Notes: a model not told the origin generated them from the sequence alone. 64,000 bases of DNA from Sphyrna mokarran (GCA_024679065.1 JAGIQG010000009.1:31248001-31312000), one strand, 5' to 3'; positions 25,790 to 38,190 are shown, numbered from the stretch's first letter. A program made the numbers and translations.

Positions 25790-26008
25790 TAAGCAAATAA
25801 ACTAATAAGCACTACAATTTGTTCACAAGAGCTCAGCATTGATTGTAAAACGATGACCTCATGGCATACAGAATGATGACATAAAGTGCAAAGTGGCAGC
25901 GACGTGTATTCATACTGCCCTCATGAATGTCATTGGCTGTTTTTTCCCACGAAATGGTTAAAGGCTAAGCTATCACATGTAGTTGTAGAAAAGAGTATGC
26001 ACCAATTA

Positions 26009-26888
26009 TTAGGGATGGAGTAAAAAATTTTTAACAACTATGTAACCCAACACCATTTTCATGGTGTTAACCAGGTTCACTGGTCATTATTACTGCTGGT
26101 GGGAGTTTGCTACATGCAAATTGACAGCTGTACGCCGACTGTTGTGTCTCTGGATACTGGTTTGCTTGGTAGGAGGTTCAGAGGGCTGTTTGGCAACTGT
26201 ATCCTGCCCTTGGACATGTGAACATACAAACCCAAACTAGGGGGCAGGAATATGTCACTCAGCCCTTTGAAATTTGCTCCGCCATTCAATAAGCTCATGT
26301 CGGATCTGACTCTAACCTCCCTTCCACCTCATTAACCTTTCATCCCTTGTTTATCAAGAATCTATTTGCCTCTGTCTTGAGAACATTCAAACACTGCTCT
26401 CATTACCTTTTAAGGAAGAGAGTTTCATGATTCTCAGAGAGACAAACAATGTCTCTTCATCTCTGTGAGGTGAGTGTGATTTGGACAGGCCATGGGGGGT
26501 GTAGCAACTCCGACCACCTGGACTCTGGGTTCTGATTGCTGAGATGTTTGTAACTGGAAGCAGTGGATGTTACAGAGCCGGGAACTGTCAGGAGGAAGCA
26601 GATCAGGGTAGCCATCGTCAGCCAGAGAGCAGAACCTGATCTGCTACATGTCAATGGACAAGTATTTGGCAGCGGATTCATTACAACATCCCAACATATA
26701 TAAGTGTCAGCTACATACTTTTGAAATGCCGTCACTGTTCTGATTTGGAAAATACAGCAGTCAGTTTGCATGTAGCAAACTCCCACAAACAGCAATGTAA
26801 TAACAACTAGTTAACCTGGTTTGGCAGTAGCACCTTGAAAATGATGTTGGGTTACATACTTGTTAAAATTTTTTTACTCCATCCCTAA
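26009..26888. repeat. Inverted repeat pair 2 (26009-26132 / 26752-26888)
   Basis: ttagggatggagtaaaaaatttttaacaactatgtaacccaacaccattttcatggtg vs reverse complement ttagggatggagtaaaaaaattttaacaagtatgtaacccaacatcattttcaaggtg, extending into DeuSINE sequence. Confidence 0.9.
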
Positions 26889-27039
26889 AATTACAATGCT
26901 AATTTTCAGAGTGGACTGGGCAAACCCAAATCCACTCTTGCTTGCTTGCTCGAAAACCAAATTCAAATTCCAATTGAACCCAATTCAAGTTCCCAAGAGA
27001 GACAAACAAGATTCAAGCTGACAAGATAAGACATTATGC

Positions 27040-27500
27040 TCCAATCTGGGCTTCAATTACACACTGTTTCATGTACAATGACCTACTTGCTATGGCTTCA
27101 AACTCTATTCCCTAGCTGCCAACTCTCTCTGACAACAATCCAAGGCTTTGCCAGTCTATTCGCAACATTGGTGTCACGTGATATTGAGATGATCTTCCAG
27201 CTTCACATTCATGTCATCTCTAAGACAGCCTTTTTCTATTTACATAACATTGCCCTGCCTTATCTCAACTGTTACTGAAACCCTATTCTTGCCTTCATTA
27301 CTTTGGACTCAACTTTCCAATGCACAGTCGGCTGCTCTTCCACATTCTACCTTCATAAACTTGAGGTCATTGAAAACTCCTCAATTACAGCCCTCCCATT
27401 CCTTTTGTACTCCCATGCTTGTGATCGACACTGACTCTCGGTCAAGCGACCTGTTGATTTTAAAATTCTTGTCTATGTTTTCAAATCCTTCTATGGCCTT
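27040..27500 (+). mobile_element. L2-clade LINE RT C-terminal remnant
   Basis: HIHVISKTAFFYLHNIA, typical of L2 (HI..ISKTAFFHLRNIA). Confidence 0.65.
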
Positions 27501-27529
27501 ATCGGAATATTGTCAGCACCCATAGCCTT

Positions 27530-27975
27530 TGCAGTATCCAGTGTCTTCAGCCTTTTCTTGATTTCATGTGGAGTGAATCCAATTGGCTGAAGTCTGACAT
27601 CTGTGATGCTCAGGACTTCTGGAGGAGGCCACGATAGAATCCCCACTTGGCACTTCTAACCGAAGATTGTCATGAATGTTTCAGCTTTATCTTTTGAACA
27701 GATATATTGGGCTCCTCCACCATTTGTGGAGTGTCCTCCTCCAGTGAGTTGTTTAATGGTCTATCTCTGTTCAAGGCTGGATGTGGCATGACTGCAGAGC
27801 TTAGATCTGATCCATTAGTTGTGGGGGTTGCTTGGCTCTCTCTTACATACTGCTAATGCTGTTTGGCATGCAAGTAGTCTAGCATTGTAGTTTCACCAAG
27901 TTGACACCTTATTTTTAGTTATGCCAGGTGTTGCTCCTGGCATGTTCACCTGCTTTCTTCATTGAACCAAGGTTG
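27530..27975 (-). mobile_element. Fragment of the 52109-56470 LINE family
   Basis: Reverse-complement similarity to 53210-53530 (ggttcaat.aag..gcagg.gagcatgccagga; agatctaag.tct.cagtc.tgccac). Confidence 0.65.
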
Positions 27976-28114
27976 ATTAGATATTGTGCTCTCTGGAATC
28001 TCCACAGCCTCGGAAAGGAACAGAGTAATGAATGGAGACTTGTACAAAATCAGATAGAAGCAATGCTGAGAATTACTCCAATGTATCTTCCATACCTTAC
28101 ATTATGCAGTAGAC

Positions 28115-28668
28115 ACTATAGTTAAGAAAGCCTATCAACACATCTACTTTCTCAGAAGACTAAAGAAATTTGGCATGTCAGCTACAATTCTCACCAACTT
28201 TTGCAGATACAACATAGAAAGCATTGTTTTTATCATAGCTTGGTATGGTTGCTGCTCTGATCAAGATCTCAAGAAACTACAAAAGGATTGCGAATGTAGC
28301 CCAATCCATCACTCAAACCAGCCTCCCATCCATTGACTCCATCTACAATTCTGACTGTTTTTACAAAGCGATCAGTATAATTAATGACCCTATGCACGCC
28401 ACACATTCTTTCTTTTGCCTTCTTCCATTGGAAAAAGATACAAATGTCTAAGGTCGCATACCATCCGACTCAAGAACAGCTTCTCTTCCGCTGCCATCAG
28501 ACTTTTGAATGGACCTACCTTGCATTAAATTGACCTTTCTCACCACCCTAGCTATGGTTGTTACATTACATTCTGCATTCTCTCCTTTCCTTCTCTGTGA
28601 ATGTCTGTACAGTGTGCAAGAAATAATACCTTTCACTGTGGATGTGACAATAATAAATCAAATCAAAT
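28115..28668 (+). mobile_element. Rex1/Babar-clade LINE 3' end
   Basis: AQSITQTSLPSIDSIY..; ends aataaatcaaatcaaatc. Confidence 0.8.
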
Positions 28669-29129
28669 CACAGGTGGCTAATGAGAATAATTCAGTATAA
28701 TTGGGCCCAATTTGATGTAATGGTAATTCAGGAGTTAAAAGTGGAGGTTCCGAGAGACATTATTGCTAGCCAGTGTCCTACACATTCTTATGTTGCATCT
28801 ATAAAGATGTTAAACACAAAGAGCTGATCACCCTAAGCTCTGCCACTCACAAGTTTGTGAATTGGAAAGAAATGAGTTAATTAAGTATTTAAACATCACC
28901 TTCTATAATGCTTTTCTTAAATAAAATCTATTCAATCTGTAACTACTGTTTCAGTAGGCTTATATATTTCTTTATTATTCCAACTTCAAATTAACCTTTT
29001 TCTAATTTTGCTCCTGAGGTCTCATGAATTGCTATTATGGTTAAAACCTCAAAATGGAAATTTACTAAGATTTTTGTATAAGTAGCAGTAAACTGATTTA
29101 TGATTGGTACAATCAAAAGATTCGCATTC

Positions 29130-29340
29130 CAACCATTCTTCGCATTCCAGTTATAATTACCTTGTAATTGTGTCTTTGCCTATATATGTGTGTATGTGAA
29201 ATCTACCTCTCCACTCCCCCCTGATGAAAGAACAGTGCTCAGAAAGTTTATGATTCCAAATAAACCTGGTGGATTTAACACGGTGTTGTAGAACTTCTCA
29301 TTGTGTCCACCCCTGTCCAACGCTGGCATCTCCACATCAT
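29130..29340 (+). mobile_element. Penelope-like terminal fragment with decayed hammerhead core
   Basis: ctgatga..gaaa at 29221-29245, then ttccaaataaacctg..gtccaacgctggcatctccacatcat; same family as 59292-59511. Confidence 0.65.
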
Positions 29341-29644
29341 AATCAAAATTCTAATAGCTGCTTTGATCTCCTTAGAAAAGAAAATCATATCACTAGATAG
29401 TTTGTGGGTGACAAAGTGTATAGTTTGACTCCAGTGAGCATAGGCTACACAGCAGCAGATGAGCACTGCAGCAATGCACATGCAACTAACAGTATGGTCA
29501 TCAAGTAGACCATTAGGATCGTAGAGAAACATATGTGTTGCCAAACCAAATGGGGACAGGCTCTGTCTGCAGTATGCTATGTCAAACCATTGAACTCTTT
29601 GCTACACTTTTCTGCAATCAGGGACTGAGAGGGTTAGGGCAAGT

Positions 29645-29912
29645 GCAGTGGCACAGTGGTTGGCAGTGCTCCCTCACAGCATCAGGGTCCTCGGTTTCAA
29701 TTCTGGCCTTGGTTTACTGCCTCCTGACATCTGCATGGATTTCTGCCAAGTGCTCCGCTTTCCTCCTCAGGTTAGGTGGATTAGCCATGGTAAATGCACG
29801 GGGCCACAGGAATAGGGCAAAGAGAACAGCCTGCATGGGATGCTCATTAAGAGAGTAGTCGATGCAGACTCGATAGGCTGAATGACCTTTCTCTGCGGTG
29901 GGATTCTATGGT
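29645..29912 (+). mobile_element. HE1-like V-SINE, tail type A (with deletions)
   Basis: Head and tail recognisable. Confidence 0.75.
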
Positions 29913-30589
29913 TCAATCTACACAAGGCATCAGTCACCATTTTGGTAGGTTGCCTGCCATGAATGCACAGCACTCAGTCCCTTTTCTGATCTTTTTTCTC
30001 CTTCTGTTCCCACTCCACCATTTACGAAAAATATTAACAGTACCACCTGCTGTGACTTAATAAAAAGAGCACACACACAAACACACACAAAATGGATATG
30101 CATTCTACTGAATTGTCAAATAATCCTAACAAATAGAGTAAGTCACCTATGTCCACAATTCTAGAAATCCTAGTCATTCTTTGCAAGGGTGGAGAGATCA
30201 AAAAGTGCATGACCATTATGACCACCGACCTCTTGGATTCCTCTGCCAGTTCACCAGCACCCTCTCTGCATCTCACTTCAGAATGTCCATTCATGCTAGA
30301 ACTGACCTTGTAAAGTCTATCTCCTGTGCACCAATTCCCTACTCCTATTTAACTGAAACATGGAGTATCATGTTTAATAACACTCCAATGGATATTCAGA
30401 TACACTTACCCAAAAATGTTCAGACTAAGTAAATATCAGTCCAGAGCATTGATAAGTGCAACTCATCTTCCATTAGTATAAATGTAGTGTGTGAAACCAT
30501 ACGAGCCAGGGGAGAACCCATACTTAGAATAGAATCTATGTCATATACAAAGACGTATGTGTTTTTTTTATAAAGAACAAAGAACAAAA

Positions 30590-30891
30590 CAGCACAGGAA
30601 ACAGTCCCTTCGGCCCAACGAGCCCATGCCGCCACCCCAATGTTCCCACCTCTATCCGTGATTCCTGTCTACGTTTATAGATCTATGGATTGAAACCAAA
30701 TTTGAGACAATTTAGGGAGAATTTGTTCTGCCAATTAGCCTAAGAGCACATTTTTGGGATGTGGGAGGAAACCGGAGCACCCGGAGAAAATCCACGCAAG
30801 CACGGGGGGAATGCACAAACTCCCAGAGATTCAGGCCCAAATCCATCTATCTGCACAGCACAGCGATAGTCACTGAGCTGTCGTGTTGCCC
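30590..30891 (-). mobile_element. V-SINE-like segment at the 3' end of the CR1
   Basis: gggcaacacgacagctcagtg head with no clear B-box, V-domain ctccgggtgctccggtttcctcccacatccc, runs into the CR1 tail. Confidence 0.75.
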
Positions 30892-31108
30892 ATCAAACGG
30901 TCCAGGTCAAGCATACACTAATGACGTGAAGCACTAGGATACTCTCGAAAAATCCAAGAGCAGTCCTCTCACAACCCATCGCATTTATGCCCCTTGTTAG
31001 ACAACAAGGCGGACCAAAGCACCTGTAAGATAAAAACAAGTACATCAATATCATCGTCTATTTACACACTTGCCAGGGACTCACAAGGCTCATGATCCCT
31101 ATTTTAAA

Positions 31109-33960
31109 TCAGTTTTCTATACCCCTCCATTCCCATTCTGTTCATGTGCCCATCTAAGCATCTCTTAAATAACTCCAGAGTGCCAGCCTCCACCACTTTA
31201 CTTGGCAGCGCATTCTATACCTCCACCACCCTCTGTGTGAAAAAACTCCCTCTAGCATCCAAATTATACCTTACCTCCCTCACCCTAAGCCCGTGACTCC
31301 TTGTGCTATTTGAGTCCATCCTAGGAAAAAGCTTAACCCTGTTTACTCTATCTATACCCCTCATAATCTTGTACACCTCTATTAGATCTCCTCTAAGTCT
31401 ACGTCTTTCTAAGGAAAACAGTCCCAATTTGCCTAACCTCTCCTTGTAACTCAGACCTTCCATACCAGGCAGCATCCTGGTAAACCTCCTCTGCACTCTC
31501 TCCAGAGTCTCCACATCCTTCCGGTAGTAAGGCGACCAGAACTAGACGCAATATTCCAAATGAAGTCTAACCAACATTTTATACAACTACAACATTAAAG
31601 GCCAGCTCTTGTACTCTATACCCCTTCCTATAAAGGCTAGCATACCATATGCTTTCTTCACAATCTTCTCCACCTGCTCTGCCACCTTCAGAGACTTGTT
31701 CACCTGCACCCCCAGGTCCCTCTGCATTTCTATACTCTTAATAGTTCTACCCTTTATCATATACCTCCCCCCAACATTCTTTCTCCCAAAATGCATCACC
31801 TCACATTTATCACGATTGAATTCCATCTACCATCTATCTGCCCAAGCTACCAGCCTATCTATGTCCTGCTGCATTGCCTGACAATGCTCCTCACTATCCG
31901 CAAGTCCAGCCATCTTTGTATCGTCTGCAAACTTGCTGATCACTCCACCTACTCCCTCTTCCAAGTCATTTATATATATTACAAATAGAAGAGGTCCCAG
32001 TACCAAGCCCTGTGGCACACCACTAGTGACCGACCTCCAGCTAGAAAAACACCCTTCCACTACTACTCTCTGTCTCCTGTTACTAAGCCAGTTACTTATC
32101 CATCTAGCTACCTGTCCTCATATCCCATTAGCCTTGACCTTTTCAACTAACCTCCCATGAGGGACTTTGTCAAACGCCTTACTAAAATCCATATAGACGA
32201 CATCAACAGCTCGCCTTTCATCGACCATTTTCATCACCTCCTCAAAATATTGATGGAGATTTGTAAGGTACGACCTCCCTTTAACAAAGCCATGCTCCGT
32301 ATCCCTAATCAGATCGCAACGCTCTAAGTGCCTATATATCCTATCTCTAAGAATATCCTCCAACAGCTTCCCTACCACTGACGTCAAACTCACCGACCTA
32401 TAATTTCCAGGGTTACCCCTACTACCCTTTTTAAAACAATGGTACAACATCAGCTATTCTCCAGTCCTCTGGAACCTCACCTGTGTCCAAAGAAAAGACA
32501 AAGATTTGCATCAGAGGCCCAGCAATCTCACCTCATACCTCCCTAAGCAGCCTGGGATAAATGCTATCAGGCCCTGGAGATTTATCAGTTTTAATGCTAC
32601 CTAGAAGCTCTAACACTTCTTCCCTCGGTATGGATATTTCCCTCAATTGGTCTACAGCTCCCTCAGAGACAGGAGCTGTCAACAAGCCCCTCTCCTTTGT
32701 TAATACCGAAGCAAAGTATTCATTCAGGATCTCCGCCATTTCCTCGGGCTCTAAGCACAGTTCCCCTCCTCTGACCCTAAGAGGTCCGGTATTTCCTCTA
32801 ACCACCCTTTTATTCCTAACATAAGAGTAAAAAGCCTTTGGATTTTCCTTAATACTATCCACCAAAACCATTTCATGCCCCCTTCTTGCCCTTCTAACTC
32901 CCCGTCTGAGCTCCCTCCTACTCTCTCTATATTCCTCCAATGCTCTCTCCGTTCCCAGCTGCTTTGACCTATCACATGCCTCTCTTTTCTTCCTAACCAA
33001 GTCCTCAATATCCCTAGTAATCCACGGCTCTCTAATCCTACCTTTCCCATCTTTCCTTTTAGCCGGCACATATCTAACTTGCAACATTTTCAGTATTCCC
33101 TTGAAAGAGTCCCATATGCCTAGCGTGGACTTACCCTCGAACAACCGTTCCCAATCAGTTTCCATAAGTTCCTGCCTAATCCGACCATAGTTAGCCTTCC
33201 CCCAATTCAGTACCCTGCCCCTAGGGCAACAAGCATCCTTTTCCATCTGTATCCTAAAGTAGACAGAATTGTGGTCACTGTTAACCACATGTTCCCCTAC
33301 TACAACATCAACCACCTGCCCTGGCTCATTACTCAGAACTAAATCCAATATAGCCCCTCTCTAGTCGGGCTAGCCACATACTGCTCCAACGATCCTTCCA
33401 GTATACATTTTACAAATTCCTCCCCGTCCAAACCCCCAGCTCTAGGTACTTTCCAATCCACCCTAGGGAGATTAAAATCTCCCACTATAACGACTCTGTT
33501 CTTTCTGCATCTATCCAAAATGTCTTTACATATGCCTTCTTCAACTACCTGCGGGCTGTTGGGTGGCCTATAATACACCCCTAGCATAGTAATTGCCCCC
33601 TTTCTATTCCTCAACTCCACCCACAGCGACTCCACTCCTAACTCCTCTGTATTGTCCTCCCTCTGCACCGCCGTGATGCTCTCCTTAACTAACAACGCCA
33701 CTCCTCCACCTCTTCTGGACCCTCCTCTGTCACGCCTGAAACACTTATACCCAGGAATGTTCAGTTGCCACTGCTCCCCTTCCTTTAACCACGTCTCCGT
33801 CACCGCAACCACATCCAAGTTCCTCACAAACATTAAGGCCCTAAGTTCATCCATTTTTCCTGTTACGCTCCTCGCATTGAAACAGACACACTCCAGACCT
33901 CCAAGCCCACTCAGAATCTCCTTCTCCTGGTGTATTTCCTCTCATCCAAGCTTACACTAT
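31109..33960 (-). pseudogene. CR1 ORF2 (APE + reverse transcriptase), broken by a few nonsense and frameshift changes
   Basis: VAVTETWL, YYRPP, VGDFN, SDHN, DFSKAFDKVPH, SGVPQG.VLGP, SKFADDTK, LERVQRRFTRM. Confidence 0.9.
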
Positions 33961-34014
33961 CTCCCATCCCGCTCTCTACCAAGTTATCGGTCTCAGCCCC
34001 TCCCCTCCTCCATA

Positions 34015-34245
34015 TCAGTTTAAACCCTGCCAAAACACTCCAGCTAACCTCCCAGCTTAGATATTCACATCCTTCCCATTTAAGTGTTCCCCGTCCCTTC
34101 TATACAGGTGCCCTTTTTTCACAAATACTTCCCAGTTATCCACAAATATGAAACCCTCTGCCCTGCACCAGTCCTTCAGCCACACATTCAGCTGTAGGAT
34201 TTCATTTCTCCTGGCCCCACTATTACCTGGCCCTGGTAGCAGCCC
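34015..34245 (-). pseudogene. CR1 ORF1 SGNH-esterase C-terminal fragment
   Basis: Manual translation GLLP..LNVWLKDWCRAEGFIFVDNW..LYRRDGEHLN (DGxHL motif), one internal stop. Confidence 0.8.
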
Positions 34246-35469
34246 TATATTCCCCTTTCTTGTCTAAAATATTGGTTCATGTCACTGTTTTCTAAAATTT
34301 GCTGCCAGCTATGCAGCAGCTGGCACACCGGGAGACTGATAAAATCAGCATTGAGCAGTGTCTTTTTTTGTCAGCGTGAAAGAGTTTCAAACAAGCTGTA
34401 CGTTTCACTTTGACACCAAAGTTCAGCAGATGTCAGCATAACTCTAATAATAAAAGCAAAATGTAACTACAGTAGTTATTTCGCATAGCCCTGACAGGAA
34501 AAGAAAACCTACATTTTGAACCCAATATAAAGCGGATAAAAGTTTATTGAAGTACATTTCAAACGCAAATGTTACTGAGAAAATATACAACAATAGGAAT
34601 GTAATTAATTTAGACAGGAAATGAGATTTGCTTTCAAAATGTTATCCACTTAACCAAATTGTACCCTTATCTAGTATGAACACACTTAGGTAAAATGTGC
34701 TCTGGAGCGATGATAGCCTAATAAAATGAGCGTTGCATCTCCACAGTGTCTGGTAGAAGGGGAATATCCTTGTTTCTTTTTGCTCTTACTGCCTTCGCTG
34801 TATGACTAATGGCCTGCTGATGCCATATTGATAAGGAATTAACCTCCAACCCCTATGGATTCATTGTCAATAGATTCTGAGTGTTGTAAATTAAAGGAAA
34901 TACACAGTATCAAATGGCCAGCAGCGCGACAAGCTGATTTATGACAGAGAGAGGGAAAAAACCAACAGCATTGAACAGTCAAGACCCTTTGAGCCTTAGA
35001 GCTCTGGTAATTTCCAGCCCATTTTAGAATGGTCATAATGGTGGTGCACTTTTTAATATCTCCACCCTTGCAAAAAATGACTAGGATTTCTAGAATTATG
35101 GACATATGTGGCTTATTCTATTTGTTAGGGTTGCTTGACAATTCAGCAGAATGCATATACATTTTATGTGTGTTTGTGTGTGTGTTCTTTTTAACCCAGT
35201 CACAACAGGTGGTGCTGTTAATATTTTTCGTAAATGTTCCTTTTGGGAAACACATCATGCCGTGATACCAGTTGGTTGGAAGATTCATGTGTCACCACAT
35301 TCAGACATAGTCTTTTGCTTGGCTGTGTAATGTTACTAAGCTCTCCTTCCCTCGTGAAACCAGGCTTTCTCTTTGTTCAGCTAAAAAACAAGTTAGAAAA
35401 TTTATTGGTTTGAATTCTGCTCCCAGCATGTGAATTCATAGAATGGTCACAGTTCAAAGGGGAGACAAA

Positions 35470-35780
35470 GGGTGGCACAAGGGTGTAGTGGTTAGCACTG
35501 CTGCCTCACAATGCCAGGGACGTGGGTTCAATTCCGGCATCAGGTCACTGTCTGTGTGGAGATTCTCCCCGTGTCTGCGTGGATTTCCTCTGGGTACTCT
35601 GGTTTTCTCTAACAGTCCAAAGATATGCAGGTTAAGTTAATCGGCCACGGTAAATTGACCATAATGTCAGAGGATTAGCAAGGTAATTATATGTATTATA
35701 AGAATAGGACCTGGATAGGATTATGGTCAGTGCAGATGCAATGGGCCAAGTAGCCTCCTTCTGCGCTGTAGGGATTCTAT
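35470..35780 (+). mobile_element. HE1-like V-SINE, tail type A
   Basis: Head with gggttcaattcc, ends ctgtagggattctatg. Confidence 0.85.
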
Positions 35781-36504
35781 GTTGTGTTTCTTTCTATTTT
35801 TTCACAGGATCTAGGTGTTACTGGCCATACCAGCATTTGTTTCCCATCCTTGATTGGTCTTGGGAATGTGGTGGCGAACTGCCTTCTTAAACCACTGCAG
35901 TCCCTGCGCTGTAGGTATAGCCACAGTGCTGTTAGTTCCAGGATTTCAATCCAGCGGCAGAGAAGGAACAATGATATATATCACACAAATATCAGGGCTT
36001 ACTGTGCAGTGCAGTGCTGAGGGATTGCTGCTTTGTCAGAGATGTTGTCTGTCAAGTGAGGGATTAAACTTTGGCTCTACGCAGAATTCCTAAGCTTTAG
36101 GAGTTAGTTTTGTGCACCCTACATTATGGATCGCTGTCACTGTGGTGATAGGCTGCATGTCTAGAAGGTTCAAACAAACAAACAGCTTTAGTGAAAGGAT
36201 GTTAACACTACGGGCTGTTAAAATAGACTACCTGTGCATCTGCGCTAATGGCCAGTGATGGCTTCAGTGACATCACAGTGGTCACTCTCTTAAAATGCCT
36301 TGTTTCCCCTGCAAAACTGTGAGTGAGGAAACACTAGAAATAACATGAATACACAACAGTCACGACTTTGACCTTCTTTTGTAAGTTAGGACTTTCTGTT
36401 CTTCAAGTTGCGCAAGTATCTGTTTAGAAGCTGCAGCCAAGACACGAATCGCATTCAGTCATGGAGACAAGTGCTTTAACTGAATGTACTGAATATTTTC
36501 ACCA

Positions 36505-36778
36505 GTGGTACGGTGACACAGTGCTTATCATTGCTGCCTCAAAGCACCAGGGATCCGGGTTAGATTCGCGTCTTGGGTCACTCTCTGTGCAGAGTTTGCA
36601 TGTTCTCCTCCTGTCTGCATGGGTTTTCTCCATCTACTCCGGTTTCTTCCCACAGTCCAAAAGACTCCCTGAGTGTGCCTGAACAGATGCTGGAGTGTGG
36701 TAATTATGGGATTTTCATGGTAACTTCATTGCAGTGTTAATGTAAGCCTACTTGCGACAATAATAAGTAAACTTTAAA
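36505..36778 (+). mobile_element. V-SINE, tail type B
   Basis: Head and B tail. Confidence 0.8.
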
Positions 36779-36779
36779 C

Positions 36780-37130
36780 ACTGTCGCACTGAGAGACTGC
36801 TACACTTCAAAATGTCAAACGTGCCCTTTTCAGTTGTGGTATTAAACTGAGGACCTGTCTCAGGTGGATATAAAAGATCTCCAAACACTGTTTTAAAAAA
36901 GAGGAGAATTCTCACTGGTGCCTTGTCTGATATTTAACTCTCAGTCAATAGAAACAAGTTCCCTGGTCTTTGGCACATTGCTGTGTGATCATGCTGTGCA
37001 GAAATCAGCTGATGCCTTTCCTGCATTACAATAATGATTACAATTCAAAAGATTTCCACTCATAGCAATCATTTTGTAAAGTCCTGAGGTCAGGAAAGGC
37101 GCTACATAAATACAGCGCTTTATTTTTATT
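36780..37130 (+). mobile_element. Ancient DeuSINE (SacSINE1-like)
   Basis: ctcaggtggatataaaagatc..cattgctgt..gtcctgaggtcaggaaaggcgctacataaat. Confidence 0.75.
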
Positions 37131-37984
37131 TTGGCACTGCAAAGATGGCAGATGAGTGCATCTGTTCACAGAAATTGTTATCACCTAACAACACCCGTAG
37201 GCTCGTGGCATCTGAATAGGAATCCCTGTGTTTTCTCAAGGGAAGTTGTCAGTGACCTCCACAGCAACCTACAGGGAAACTTGGTGCCTGATGGACCTGG
37301 TGGACATTCTGGTAGTGGAAAAGTTGACCAATGCGCTGAAGTTTATTGGCATAGAGTCCTTCCAGGCTCCTATCGGCTCCATGTGACCCAGCTTAGAGTT
37401 GGCAGTTCACAATCATGGCAAACTAATGACTAGGCTATGATTTGCCAGGACAAATATTCTCCATTTTATATTGACAGTAATAGCCAAATTGAGACATCCT
37501 TTTTTGTAGCAACAGCTGTCTTAATCACACCACGCTACTTACTGTAATCGTGATTTCTCTCAACCCACCAGGAGTTTCACAAACCAGACAGGGCTTTCAC
37601 TCGGCTAATGTGTAGCTTGGATGTAATCACAACAAAAGATTGTGCCAATTTATGCCAAGTTCCCAAGCATCTGTCAAATGAAAAGGTTTGCCAAACATTA
37701 TTTCATCAAGTGAAGATAGTACGATGTTGAAATTTTGGCATGAAAGAAAGCCATTCGACCAATCATGTCTGTGTTAGCTGCAGCATCAGATAAGGACCAT
37801 TTACCCTGGCCCTGTTCTTTCTCCATCATTTTCTTTCTTAAGTGTTTATCCATGTCCTTTTTTTAGTGTTGAGATTGACTGGGGTTTCAGAGTAACACTG
37901 CTAGCAAAGAATCATTTTTACATAAGGGAAATGTTCACTGCCTCAAAAAGAATCATGAATGCTATAAGGGAGGTGAGGAGAGAA

Positions 37985-38176
37985 GCAAAATTCTGTGGAT
38001 GCTGGAAATATCAGACAAAAACAGAAAATGTTGGATGGACTCAAATGGTCTGGCCACATCTGTGGAGAGAGAAAAACGCAGTTAATGTTTCAAGTCTGTA
38101 TGCTCTGAAGAAGAATCATATGGACTTGAAATATTAAAACTGCTTCTCTCTCCATGGATTCTGTTGCATCTGTTGA
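37985..38176. mobile_element. Penelope-type palindromic element, family 1
   Basis: gatgctggaaat..aaaaacagaaaatg..catctgtggagagaga arm mirrored by tctctctccatgga; ctgaaga..gaaa core at 38105-38131. Confidence 0.6.
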
Positions 38177-38190
38177 AAAACATTTGTTGA

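Larger units (their letters stand above)
30571..34245 (-). mobile_element. Young CR1-clade LINE, 5'-truncated within ORF1
   Basis: ORF1 C-terminus, APE, RT, long 3' UTR, tail gggccgaagggactg..(ttctttg)n. Confidence 0.95.
30019..35236. repeat. Inverted repeat pair 3 (30019-30224 / 35030-35236)
   Basis: About 206-bp arms, roughly 89% identical by eye; visible as matching peptides in ORFs 30034-30294(-) and 35029-35265(+). Confidence 0.9.

Noticed and set aside
30034-30294. Duplicated small membrane protein gene (with 35029-35265)
   Set aside because: Similarity covers only the inverted-repeat arms, includes a (TG)n stretch, and the ORF starts and ends differ.
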